A stretch of DNA of 60,708 nucleotides, the filler included, from Sphacelaria rigidula (lineage: Eukaryota): NCBI GenBank assembly GCA_964200075.2. It is 10 parts of 10 records of this genome, joined end to end, with 100 filler letters (N's around TTAATTAATTAA, not from the genome) between each part and the next. Parts side by side here need not be neighbours in the genome. Positions count along the whole stretch, not along the records: positions 24,326 to 30,306 come from CAXNAA020023032.1; positions 30,407 to 36,387 come from CAXNAA020023033.1; positions 36,488 to 42,468 come from CAXNAA020023034.1; 7 more parts are not named here. One strand, given 5' to 3'. This document shows positions 24,654 to 37,723 of the stretch, piece after piece. The notes below the pieces were generated by a model. The model was not told the DNA's origin and searched no databases. It was given only the letters and a program-made list of their open reading frames with translations. Made by a program: the position numbers and the translations under genes. Numbering within the stretch: position 1 is the stretch's first letter; each line of letters starts with the position of its first letter.

Positions 24654-27600
24654 GCCATGGAGCGCGATCTGTGGGGCGCAGTGGGGCTGACGAAGGCCGT
24701 TCTGCCGCGCATGGTGGACAAGCAGGAGGGCCACGTGGTGTATGTGGCGGGAGAGGAGTCCATGGTAGCCCCTCTTGCGGTGCGGTGTTCCAACATATTT
24801 TTCGATGACAGTATGACACATCTTGATCCTATCTACTTCGAGCAAATCCTCATCCTTCGACTTTCTAGTTCTCGTGCGCAGCTATTGGCAAGGTCGTTTT
24901 CCACTCTGAGCTCCTGTCACTATTTTTTGGGTCTGGTCACTTCTCACGCTCCGAGACGAGGTACAAGTATCTCTCGGGGAATGGTAGGGCTGGGTACTGG
25001 ACCATTACACGTTGGCAGTACTGCTGTACTAGCAGTGACTGGTGCTGGAAAAAGAGCAGTCACTATTGCCAGCACTTTCCTGTTTCCTCACGCCCACTTG
25101 GCGGCTCACATTTCAATAGGAGCCCCTCTAATTGCGCCGCAAGGGAGGCCAAATCGCGTGAAAAATGCACCTCCTGCAGGGTGCCTCCTGCAGGCCTTCG
25201 CCGTGGACCGAAGATAGTGGCAGGATGCAGTATACTGGCTAGCGGCATCAGTACCCAGTCGCAAGAGATTGCCTTTTTCCACTCTCCCGCAGCCTTTTTC
25301 GCCGCACAAGAGAGCTAGGCGGATTCTGCCACCTCGGGATGATTGGGTCTACTATCTGAGGGGATTGCGGTACACTTTCGCCTTTCCCAGTGCACGCAGT
25401 TCGACCTTAAAGCGGATGTGAGATTTACGCGCTACAGTAATCACCAGCGAAGTCCAATGCGAGTAAAATGTGCCAAGAGGGTCGAATATTTTTCATGAGC
25501 ACTGGCCGTTTGTGCGAGTAATCGCCAGTCTGGCTAAAGTCTGTACTGCGGCCACCGGAAAACGCTTATGTGCTCTGGAACCATTTTGGAGAATAGAGCG
25601 AGTCATGCCGAGGTGCCAGGATTCGCCCGGCTCTTTTCTCAGGCGGAAGACGGCGCAGGAGGGACGAAGCACAGATAATAACATTTTTTGGAAAATGAAT
25701 TTTTTCGGATGATGAGAGGCGACCTCGAAACCGGCCCTTTAAATCAAAGAGGTGCAAAATGTAACTTACGAGAAGGGGAAGAGAAAATGAAAAACTAGGG
25801 TGCGCCCGGGTATTGTACCTTGTACCCTGGCCCAGCGGCCCTCGTGTTTCACATCGTCCTTCTTTATTCTTGCTTCGTTGCGCGCGTTGTCTTGCGTCTT
25901 GCTAAAACATGCTCATCAAGGGATTCTCGGCGGCCGAGGTGGCCTCCAAGCACGCCGCAAGAGGATTTTTCGACAGCCTGCGCGCTGAGGTGGCCAGGGA
26001 CAACGTGCGCGTTACACTAGTTCATCCACAAGGTATGTGTCGTTCATGGCGTCTTCAGTGCTGCTCGAGGCATCACCACCTGCTGCCCTGCTGCCCAGAG
26101 CATGGTCACATTTATTTTCGTTCTTTACCACTTCGTGTCTACGTCTTTTTCCAGGAAGCAAAATGGAACAGCGAAGAAGCACATCGAATAGCTGCAATCC
26201 TTCTTCTATATTCTCTGTTTCTTTCCCTGTCTCTGTCTGTCTCTGTCTGTCTCTGTCTCTCCCTCTCTCCCTCTCTCCCTCTCTCCCTCTCCACGTGTGT
26301 ACTCCCCACCCAAAATAATTTCGTCGAAATTTTTTCCTCTTTACTCTATCCACGTTTTGGGTGGAATGGGTTCGGTCTCAATACTTCACCCAATCTATTG
26401 TATGGGTATGACCTCAATACTCCTCCCAATATTCGGGTCAGTAATCTCAGTAATACCTGGGAAGAGACCATCACTCGGTCGTGGCCCCAATATCCATAAT
26501 TTGGGTAATTTGAGTTTGATCGTAATACTCCACCCAAAATTAGGTAAGTACTCTCAGCAATACCCAGGTATAGATAATCACTTGGACATGATCTCAATAC
26601 TTTGCCTACATGTGTATGAGCACTCTCAGCAATACCCGGGTATAGAATATCACTGGGGTATGACCTCTACCCAACGTTTGGGTAGACCTCGGTACGATCC
26701 CAATACTCTACCCCATTTTTCAGATGATTTCAGTATCATCGCAACACCCTATCCAAATGATGGTTGAGTAATATCAGCGATACCCGGTACTCGGGTATGG
26801 AGTATTAATTGGGTATGATCTCCATACTCGATCAATTTTGATTGGTACTAGAAGTTACTCAACTTTTCAAAATATCCGGGTATCGGGTACCCTCCCGACC
26901 TACCTCTGTAAGTGTCATTCATCTTTTTCTTTTTCCTTGTTTCTTTCTTCTTACCCCCCCTTTCACTGTATCGCAGTGCCGAACATGCTGTGTATGTCAC
27001 AGAAAACATGGAGGAAACCACATCCTCACGTTTTGGTGATTCCCACCGTGTTGTACACTGCACAAAAAAGAAATGTGAGGGGATTTCATTCCCATTCCAA
27101 AATTGAATTCCCCTCCGGCATGAATGTTGTAGATGCGACGTGACGGATATGCAGGAGATGACGCGCTGCACGACGGTGCTGACTCACCGTCCCCCTTACC
27201 CCGTACGATCCCGCCGTCCTTCCGGGGTTTATGTTTCTTTGTTATACTTCCGCCCCCTCCCCGTCCTTGGGGCTAGTCCGCAGTCTCAAGGCATCACCGC
27301 ATGTCTCCTAGACTTGCAATCCACGCTGTCGCACCGCTTTTTTGGCATCGCAAATCCTGAGTAACGCCGGGTCGACGGCCGAGACCAGGACCGGACCGGA
27401 CCCACCCGAACCAAGCCGAAGGGATTGTTTTACCGCTGGTTGCTCATGTTCTGCTCTACTTACTTGAATGCTCATTTTGTGTGTACGGCGAGTGCTGTAG
27501 TTTTTTTCATCTTCACGTACGTCCGTCTTTTAAGCGAGGCTAGATCCGGAGGTCACCGGTTAACGCGAATCAGCCAAGCTGTCAATCAATCACGCCGCAC

Positions 27601-28051
27601 CAACCAACCAATCGATCAATCGATCGATCTACCAACGAGTCCATCGATCAGCCCTCACACGGTTCAGCTCGTGCGGTCCACCGTCTACCCCTCCTATCAT
27701 GCAGTTTGCATATTCATACCTTACCCCCTTCCCACTCCCCCTCCCTCCCTCCACACATCAGGAAGGGACGGTGGGAGCAGCAGTACATCTCACGAGACAC
27801 CGCAACGACTAGACCCAACGCTTGGTCATGATCAAAGTCCTCAGCAGCCGGTGAGCCCCGAAGAACGACCGCTGCAAGACTTGTTCCTTGAGCATGATCG
27901 CTTGGCCAGGAAGATGTTGATCGCAGCTGCTAAAGGTCGGGATGAGGTGGTGATACCGTACAACCGTCGAAGATCTCTGCTGGATTGGGTCGGATTCGGA
28001 GAAGCTAGGCGACGAAACTTGCTCAAAACTTTGAGGGGGCTGCGAGGGTAG
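24654..28051 (+). CDS. Short-chain dehydrogenase/reductase (DHRS7/7B-like), 3' part; exons 24654-24779, 25921-26032 and 27762-28051
   Basis: AMERDLWGAVGLTKAVLPRMVDKQEGHVVYV|GFSAAEVASKHAARGFFDSLRAEVARDNVRVTLVHPQG|...LARKMLIAAAKGRDEVVIP. Splice phases (0, 1) are consistent. Confidence 0.85.
26300..26895. repeat. Degenerate intronic tandem/subterminal repeat array (gggtatga(c/t)ctcaatactc; cagcaatacc(c)gggtatag)
   Basis: The motif ctcaatact and its variants recur about ten times. A ~40-bp unit is duplicated at ~26550 and ~26620. The array ends in ccgggtatcgggtaccc. Confidence 0.65.
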
Positions 28052-28399
28052 TCTAACTTTCAAAGCGTTCGAGCGGTTAGTATGTGGGCGCGTGTGGGGT
28101 CGGTGTCAAGGCCAGGAGGTTATCGTATAAGTAGCGTAATGATGTAACTTTTAGCATCGCAACGGTCACATTCCAAGCACAGCGTAAGCGATGTTTTCTA
28201 TGCAAAGACGCGAAGATGTGAGCAGACGAAGCTTAGCGAAAAAGATGGCGCCTGTCCCACTGAGAAAACCATATATTCTTCTGCACGTGTACGGAGGGAG
28301 GGACCACAGTACATGGAGTACGGTGCACATGTGGTGGTCTACAAGCACATACGGGGGGATGGTATATACTTCACCACCAAGATCGCCATGCCATACAAA

Positions 28400-29640
28400 T
28401 GGCAGATAAGAAGCATATGCCCATGAGTCATGTCGGATGAATGTAAATTCGATAAGCATGCACAGCTTATTCATCTCGCATGAATCACAGGTAGGAAACG
28501 TGTACATGTGATTCATGCTGCGTGGATGAAAGAGGGAAATATGTATCTATGATTCATACCGTATGAGCGGAAGGTGGGAAGCATATGCACTTGATTCATA
28601 TCGCATGAATCACAGCTGGGGAACATGTACATGTGCTTCACGCTACATGAATGAAGGGAAGGAATATGTACTCGATGACCCGAGGGAACCCATCGCATGA
28701 TTTACCCCTGCACGGTGGAGTAGTGGAGCGGATCCTCTCACATTGCGGCGAGTACATTTTCATTTGAAAACATGTGTACTGGAGGTTCACCCACCCTAAT
28801 CAAGCGATACAGACAAACGGTAAGCATGGACACGCCGTTTGACAGTGATGTGCTGTATACACTGCAGTACTGCTGCTGTGAGTGTGGGCGGTCGGGTTCT
28901 TGTGTTTGTGATTCACTAGGGCAAGCAAGTCGTAACCAATTGCCGTTACACCATCGGATCGCCACGACGTAAATAGCTGCTGCTGCTTTGTCCTGTTTCT
29001 CCAGCGATCATCCATCCTAGAGACTGCTATAATAGAGAAGATAAGTGTCGTTGTCCCGCACACTCATCACGGGCACTATGCGGTTTGGTCTGCTTTGGTC
29101 CCTCAAACACTCAGCTTTGTGCCCGTTCCATTCCCGTGATGTCGGGTCGTGTTCCGTTTCCTCAACATCGCGAGAAACAAATGTTGGAACGTGTTTGGCA
29201 CATCAATGGAGGATATCGAGCCTACCTCTGACCTCAGCCAGCGCACCTGCAGAGGGATCTCAGTCCTTCCACTACTGGAGGTGCAGAAGGTACCTTTGGC
29301 CGGTACTATTAGCCAATATTTCCCGGGGTTTCGACGTCACCTTGTTCCCATAGAAGAATATCGTTCCCACTTTTCAGTAACCCGTGTTGAGTGTCAAATG
29401 CCACATGAATGGACGGTGGGAACAGGTACGTGTGATTGACGCTGCATGAACGGAAAGTGGGAATTATGTGCGCTTTATTCGCCCTATCATATGGATGAAA
29501 GGTCGGGAACATGTACGTATGATTGATGCTGCATGAACGGAACGGGAGGAACATAGTACGCTCGATTCACCTCGTGTGAATGGAGAGTGGAAAAATGTGC
29601 GCATGATTCATGCTGCACGAATGGGAGGTGAGGAACAAAT
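28400..29640. repeat. Two blocks (28400-28690 and 29400-29640) of a degenerate ~42-bp minisatellite separated by ~700 bp of unique sequence
   Basis: Unit consensus is approximately CATGAAYGGAAGGTGGGAACATGTACGTRTGATTCATGCTG, with ~6-7 copies per block in the same orientation. Confidence 0.75.
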
Positions 29641-31739
29641 ATATACCTGCGAGGTTCCCCTTCGGGAGGTTGTTACGGGCTTCCTGGGGGTAACGCAAGT
29701 CGAAAATATATGGTTAACCCTTGGACCGCGATGCGGGTAGTCAATCTGGATCACGCATACTTTTCCCAGTGAAATTGGTGCCGATTCAGCTGGTGATCTA
29801 CCCTCGTGGTCAAGGGGGTTGAGAGAGGCTTTTGTATCTCAATGTACAACAGTGATCGTGGCTGTACAAAACATCGCATGCGTTATCGGATGTCGTTCGG
29901 AAATATGGAAATTCGGACGGAGGCCGACGGCGGAACCGCCGGCGTAGGACATGTGTGGTATTTCCGAGGTGCCAGAGTGCGAAGCAGCTCTTGTGCCACA
30001 AAGACATGACAGCGGGAGGCACTTGCCGAAAAGTTGGAATAAGTGGAACATGCTTGGCATGTTCTTTGTACATCACTGTGGCTTCCACATCACCGGGCCT
30101 TTTTTTTTGCAAGAGGGAGATTGTTTTTTTGGGCAAAACATTCCTGTGCTGCCGTGCTGCTGTGCTTTGTTCGACTCGCCAACGGACCATTGCACGGTCT
30201 TGCGTTTAGTGCTGACCAAGGCCAAAGAGTCATCCTACGATAGGGGGGGGGGGGGTATTTGGTTGCACGAAAAAAAAGGCCCAAGGGCGGGAGGGGGGGG
30301 GGGGGGNNNNNNNNNNNNNNNNNNNNNNNNNNNNNNNNNNNNNNNNNNNNTTAATTAATTAANNNNNNNNNNNNNNNNNNNNNNNNNNNNNNNNNNNNNN
30401 NNNNNNGTCACGAAAAAAATGGCCATACAGCGCCCGATGTTCGGGTTCAGGCTCCATGAAGCGCCTCATATTGGCGACATTGGCTGGAACGAACCCAAGC
30501 GTGGGAATTCCCAACTTCTCGTTGTGCTTGGCTTTTCCCATTTCGATTTACGTAAACATTTTGCCTCCCAAAACCGTGCACTTTTTTGGGGGGGGGCTAT
30601 CGTAGAAAGTGTCTCGCTTGGCTATCGAGGTTCGAAATTAGCCGCGGAACAAAAAATTGCGCGTAAAAATCTGTGCCTGCGACACCCGCCAGTTTGGCTA
30701 CAGGTATTTTTTGAAATTTCAGCAAAAAAAACAAGATGATGTCATAAGTTCAGGGAAAAAATAATGATAATCTGTAGCTGGACACGTGAAGTATCAGTTC
30801 TTGGGTGCAGAACAGGGTGAGAAAAACTCCACGCGGGCCTGCGCTGGCGCAGATTATTAGGAAATAGTGGCCGATGCGCAGCTGTTGGGAGTGTTTCTCT
30901 GCGGCTTGCCGCAGGGAAAATGTTTGGGCCGCACGTTCTTCGCCGGAGGCGAAAAATATTCTGCTGCTCTCTGTTTTTAGCCGGAGGCGAATTTGTTGGG
31001 GGGGTGTTTTTTTCGCCGCGAGGCTCATACCGTCGAAATGGCCCCATTTTGACAAAATCCAGGCGTCTTTTTGAAAGGGCCCCCCCCCCCACCCACAAAT
31101 CGCTCCACGGGGCCTCTCCGGGGAGGGACCGACGCGGCCGGCGCCCTCCGGCGGGCCGCATATCGCCTTCGGCGCCCGCCTGCAGAGTTTTTCTAACCCT
31201 GGTGCAGAAGGTCTTCCTAAAAAATCAGCTCAAGAGTCGGTGGATTGGGCCGTGCGTTCAACATTTTCCTTGACGCTGCTGCACCCCTATAAATCAAGTA
31301 ACGGGAGACTCCAATCACGGAGGTCACGAGTTCGACTCCTGACAGATTCTCTTTTTCTTTTTCGTCCGTCGTTAAGGTAATACATTCTGCAGTACATTTT
31401 CTTGTCATTCAGCGGCGGTGCCGTGTGTCACCAGGATGGTCCACAATTCCCAGTGATATGCTTACATCGGGTTCATTCGGGAAACTGTGGAAGCTGTTGT
31501 GCGGGCAAGTTTTAGCAGCTTTTAAGCTGGCCCAGCTCGTATATAAACAGGGTTGTCCGTGGGTTTACATTTTCGAAAGCGACGAAAAGGGGGCGTGGGC
31601 TACTCGTACAGTTATCGCTCGATGATCAATAAGACGCCTTGTTGGCTGCTGTCATCCCCCAGTTGGAGGAAGGAAGCTCACATGTACAGCATATATATAT
31701 ACACACACACATATATATAGGAATATATGTATATATACC

Positions 31740-31958
31740 GGTAGCTGTTGACAAGTACTACACGCCATACAAATTTGGATTTCGATACGAAACGTTGGGG
31801 TCTTAGGTGAAAAAACCGATTTCGTGGAATTTTGGCGATCCGATCATAATCACCTAAATTTCGTAAAATTATTTCTTCATATATATTATGACCCCAACAT
31901 TCCGGTCATCGAAATCCAAATTTGTAGAGCGTGTAGCAGTTAGTTGTCGATAGCTACC
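31740..31958. mobile_element. Palindromic MITE (~220 bp)
   Basis: ggtagctgttgacaa..ctacacgc.atacaaatttggatttcgat..gttggggtc is mirrored by gaccccaac..atcgaaatccaaatttgtagagcgtgtag..ttgtcgatagctacc. Confidence 0.8.
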
Positions 31959-32643
31959 AGCAGGTAGTAAATGAATGGAACCCTGTTCCGAAGATTTTGT
32001 TTGGATAATACCAAGATTTTACTCCTCCGGGTTCTCACCCTCATTAAAAAGCTCCATCCTCAATGTCGATTATCGGGTACCCTTTGTGCTACTCCGCGTG
32101 CTCGACGTCCAGCGCGGTAGATAGCAAGCAGTGTGAAAACAGGGCTCAATGTGCTAGCTCATGATCCGGATCATTACAGGTTCATAATGTAAAAAGAAGC
32201 AGTATTATTTGGGTATATCGCATGGGCGTGACGTGTAGTGTGTAACTGGCACTACTGCGTGAATGTACACCATATATGCCATGCACATCCTTACGTGAGC
32301 AAAGGAGGCGAAGAGCGAAGCAATTTTCCAATGTAATCATGCTGACTGGTCGCCGCGATTTCGCCCCGCAGCGTCATGTCGCGGCGCCCAATTTGGCCGT
32401 GTCGATCTTCTCGAGATAGAAAAGCATCACATGGTGGAGTGGCCGCCGGATTGGTGTGTGGGTGCGGCGACCAATCAACATGCCGCTTTTGGACGCTTGT
32501 TTCCGTTTCTCGCTTTTTTTCCTTCATCGTCGATTGTGTAGGTATGTGACTAAAAAGTAACATCTGCTAAAAATGCCTCCTCATTTTTTTAACACCGGTT
32601 CAGCGCCGCGGTTTCTCATGCAGTCAAGATGCAATTTCTTCTT

Positions 32644-32802
32644 CACTTTCCGAGAAAGGAAACGCCCCGCATCCACTTCACCGCGCCGAAAAACCTCGTT
32701 CCCCATCGTTCAGACCAACAAATCACTTTCCGAAGAAAAAAACGCCCCGCATCCACTTCACCGCGCCGAAACACCTCGTTCCCATCGTTCAGACCAAGAA
32801 AT
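32644..32802. repeat. Tandem duplication, 80-bp period, 2 copies
   Basis: cactttccga...aaacgccccgcatccacttcaccgcgccgaaa.acctcgttccc(c)atcgttcagaccaa occurs at 32644 and 32724. Confidence 0.9.
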
Positions 32803-35800
32803 AGTCGTCGCTACCCTCCCATTGCGAGTACCGATGGCCACGAGTCCTGGTTATGAGCTGACCTGCACTACGCAGCTCCCTGTCACGGGCGAGCAGGCAG
32901 GAGAGGCAATCGGCACGTTTTGGAGGCTTATTGTGATGTTGGTGACCGTTTCAGTGGTATCTTCCTGGTGTAATGGTGACAAGGTCAGGCGGCTAACGCT
33001 GTTCTTCGCGCACTGGCTCAGGTATGTTGTGCTCGGTACGTGTACCGACTTGGTTCTCGGGTGAACGCGTGCTGTCCTGAACATACCTAGGGCAGCATCG
33101 AAACCCAACGCAGCGCATTATAGCCGACACGTGCGGCACTATCATGGTCATGTTCATACCCGAGGCTGGGGTCTTCCGGCTGGGGGAAAAAATGTACAGT
33201 TAGTGCTAGTTTTCGATAGTACATCAGTAGAATAGTAGTACTATGGCTCGTTTTACGTTGAAATGATGCCGCGAAAGTTTGAAGTGGAAACTCGAGACTT
33301 GCGGCATTTAATACTGATGTCAGCGACAAGAACCTGCCAAAACAGGGAACGTCACAAGTATACATCTTGAACACTACAGTACTACGGATTACCCCATGGG
33401 TACAACTTGTATGCGTGGTGTCCTGGACCGAGGGAGCAATCTGGACGGCTTGGTCCGATGAGGTCCACTCCCTGACGGGCCAAACGGTATGAGGGCAATC
33501 CGGTTCATCACTTGAAGTAAGTTTGCCTAAAACATGTTGCTCCGACACTACGAGTACTCGAACCCAGAATTTCGGGCAATCTGGGTTCGAAAACTGTCGG
33601 CCACCCTGGATCCTGGACACGGTTTTCCAACATCTGTTAGTTCAGAACAACAGTTGCTGTATACAGGCAGGGATACAGCTCCTGGTTGTGCCTGCATCTC
33701 GTCGTCATTTGGGTGCACAAAAATCATTATACAGCGAGAGGGGAACTCAGCTTGCACGCGCCACATATTTGACAACATCGAGTTCGCGTGTAGACAAACG
33801 CTGTCATCATAATAACGGCAATATCGCAGTTATCGCGTTATACACGAAAAGGTGGGACATGCCATTTGTTCAACCGATAATGATATTATTGTTGATTTGC
33901 GACACTGCTGTTTCATTTCCGGGCATTACTCATGGGTGGTATCCACGTGTAGGTGGGCGGACGGTCGTTCCGCGACTCGGTTTGGTCAGAGTGTGATTGT
34001 GATCGTCGTGTTGTCGAGCAGCACTCTTTTTAAATACACAAGTAGGTGAGTTGTGCGAGTACTTTCCCCCTAGTGTTTAGCACCGCAGAAGAAAGGTGGA
34101 GAACTAATACAAAAAAAAAAAATCCTGTGTTGCCCTTCCTCCTGTCTGATGCCGGCTGATGCGCCCACATGTACCGGAAGGCGTAGACCGGCGTCCAGCG
34201 TTGTAACCGTTTGTTGTGTGCACCGGTAACGCGGCAAAACTTTTCACAGCCATATCACCGTAATCTCCGAAAATAATGTGGGCTCCGGTGATTGCGGAAA
34301 ATCCTCCATCCAGATCACCTCAAGTCCAATTCACATTGCAGTACCGCGCGAAACAGTTGGCATGAGGATCTCAATCAAACTTTCCGATCCTGCTGAGCTC
34401 CTGGCCTTAGCGGGTAGACTTGCCGTCAATCAGCCTGGCATAAATAGACTGTGGTTATCCGCTGTGAGGTGTAAGGCCGTGCCCAACGACGTCCGAAATA
34501 TTATACTTCGAAGTATTAATTTTCATCCGCCGACCACTGCCGACCACTGTTGTTGTTCTTCAGTGGTAAAGCCGAACCCGACCCAAACCAACAATAACAT
34601 CAACCCTGATCTCCACCATTCGACCGCGATGTGGATAATCCATCTGGATCACACATACTTTTTCAAGTGGAATTGATGCCGATTCAGCGGGTAACCTACC
34701 CTCGCCGTCGAAGGGTTAACCCTCAGACCGCGAGGGTAGGTCATCTGCTAAATCGCAGCATCAATTTTCACTTTTACAAAATACGCGTGGTCCAGATGGA
34801 CTACCCGCACCGCGGTCTAAGGGTTAACCCCAAAATGCAGACCATGAACCCCTGGGTAATGTACTGGGGTGCGCCCTAGAGGCAGCAGTCATAGCATCAA
34901 GAACTCTATTTTGTGTTGCTGCTGCGGGCAAAATGTCGCGGCACATGAACAAAACTTCGGGTCGCATATATCGGTGAATCGATATAGGTGGGATCAATGA
35001 TTCTGCACACGACAGGGGCGATCCTGAATAAGGAGAGTCGGATTTTCCCATGAGAACGAACTGAGGTCGAAATTGTAGACGAACTGGGCCAGCCTTGAAA
35101 CGGATTTAACTCTTAGACGGCGACCCCCCCCACTGGTGGACTAAGGTAGACACTCCACTTTTTGGGTTCAGAACCATTCCTTGGTCACAACTCAGAACGC
35201 CTACTCTACGGCGGAAGGGACCAGGAGTGCATAAGAGGCACATAGTTGTGAGAGTCATGACACAGACGGTGGTGTGGTTGTCGACCACCTGATGATTACG
35301 TGCCATACTTCTGCTGTGCAGTCTGTAGTATATCCCGCCGCGGCTGCACGTGCGGTCTACAGCGTACTGGAACTTAGATAGTTGATCGTGCCGAGTGCAC
35401 GCAGCGTGCGTTTGGATATCGAACCGTGACTACCACCGCGAACGCCCCTGACTACCGTAGAGCAATTGCTCGGCGATGGCGGTCGCCTGACCGTCGAAGC
35501 ACTTGTCTACATCACGTGCGTAGGATATTCGTGGCCGCCGCTCGCGTGTTGCGCCATGGCGTTTTATGCCAGATGGAGGTGTGGAGCTGGTAGGACGGTC
35601 AGGCAGTACTGAACAGACAGACACAGTGTACCGAAGATGCTTAACCCTTGGACCGCGAGGTTAGTCTTCCGTTGAATCGGCATCAATTTCGAGTGAAAAA
35701 AAAGTATGCATGATCCAGAAAGACTAATCTCGCGCTCTAATAAGGGTTAAACACCTGCTTTTTAGTTATATAAATCTATGGTTGATTTGGCATGATCGAA

Positions 35801-35848
35801 ATGAGATTCAAGGGTAGAGGGCGATTGTGTCTACCAGCTGTCTACCTC

Positions 35849-35879
<31 letters not shown>

Positions 35880-35949
35880 CTTCACCTTAAAAAGTCGTTC
35901 CGGTATCTGCGCAATGCTGTACTGGCCATCTGACTCGTACGTTTTCCGT

Positions 35950-36387
35950 GGTCACAGGCTACCACCCCATGTTGGGGTAAAAGGAAAAAGGAAAATCAGG
36001 AAATAAAACCGGGCCCACGGCAAATTCACACGGACGCGGTACAAGAAAAATAAAATAAAACGAAACAAAAACAAAGGTGAAGAGAAAAAAAAGAAAGGAG
36101 AAACCTATCCTTGGACCTCTGAGAGGACAGCTATGCGTATGAATAAACAAAGCAAACCAGAAAGGGCGCCACATTACACCGCCCACCGCCTCGGAGGGAG
36201 GGGTGCATCGGATTCAGCAGTAAGTAGCTTCCATCCTCTCCCTACTCTCCTTGAGATTCCCGTTTCAGTGCACGTAGTCGGCTGACCTCTTTTTCGGTCC
36301 TGGGCCAAGAGGTCATGAACCTCTCCGCTCCCTGTAATACCCCTGCTTGCCATGGTATTCCCCCTTCTTTCTTTGCTGCAGAAGGCC
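35950..36387 (-). mobile_element. RTE-like LINE 3' fragment (same family as 70-730)
   Basis: Reverse-complement similarity to 230-460 and 590-720. Confidence 0.6.
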
Positions 36388-37723
36388 NNNNNNNNNNNNN
36401 NNNNNNNNNNNNNNNNNNNNNNNNNNNNNNNTTAATTAATTAANNNNNNNNNNNNNNNNNNNNNNNNNNNNNNNNNNNNNNNNNNNNGTTCCTACTCCTA
36501 ATAGAGATACCTCCAACATTCTGGCGCTCATTACGTTTCTTCAATAGCTCATTTCGTTTCTTCCATAGATTACACAAGAACCTTTTCAAAATCTTATCCC
36601 CGTCCTGTTTCGCTGTCTCTGGCCACCATCCATCTCCTTGTCTGTCTGTGTATGTTTCTCCCTGTTGGACGGTTTGCTCGTCTGACTGCCTGTCTGTGCC
36701 CGTTTCTCCATGCGTCTGTGTCTGTGTGTCTGTATGTATCCAATTTGCTCTCGATGCTTTCGTTTGTCATCGGTCCTCGATGGTGGATGGGCATATTGCT
36801 GAAACGCGGAACGCAAGGCCGTGGTGCGCAGCGGGGGATCCTCATCACGGCCTGAGAAAGTGAGTACAGCTGAGCACCCCCAAGGCTCTTCATATGACCG
36901 GCCTTACACGCATCGTTTTTAGGCACGCACGTCTCCCCTTATGTTTCGGAACCGGCTCAAGAGATGGGTCCCCACGAGATCTTTGCCCATCACCGTCCGG
37001 TTTCATAGATTGGTCATGCGATGATACTTCCTGGTTCAACGATGGTTGGTCATGTGAAGATTTCATCTTTACCGCTCGGTGTGAAAATGGTGACGTGGGA
37101 TGTTCACTCTGTTTTCTTGGTTTTCGCCCTATGGTTCGAAAGTGGGACATCTGAGAGTGTGCCTGTTTTGACGATGCTCGTGTGGAATTTGCGTTTTTTT
37201 GCCGCCCGATTCAAAGACGGCCATGTCAGATTTTCACACCCTGGATAATAGATCGCATGATTAGAAAGTGGGTACAGTATCGACTATTGCGTCTATTGCA
37301 CTAGAAAATGGATTCCATACTGTGCGCAGTACACTTTTCGACAAAATAATCTGTTGCCCGGGGTGCGTAGATTTTTATCCGGTTGGAAGATGATTTCACT
37401 GAAATTCCCATTCTCTCTTGGTATCCGATTCGCAAAAAGCCTTTGCGAGATTCGACCGAGATTTGTACACAGTTCGACAGTAAGCATGAGGGGATTTTGA
37501 CATCTGCCGCCCGGCTTTCCTTTACTTGAGGTTTTTTCTTTTTTGTTTTTCTCTTCGTCTTTTTTGCTGCATTTAGCGAGAAAATGGCGAGAACCTTAGC
37601 CGCGAACATGTCGGGCTAGGGTCACAATGTCTTGATAGTTTCAACATGTAGTGATGCCCCCGTTCCGCACTATTAACCACCGCCGAATACGCACCATGAA
37701 CCACCGCCGAATGCATTCGTAAG

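Noticed and set aside
29095..29140. Minus-strand WNGHKAECL resembling the end of a MYND finger
   Set aside because: The upstream Cys pairs are absent and the frame contains stops, so there is too little evidence.
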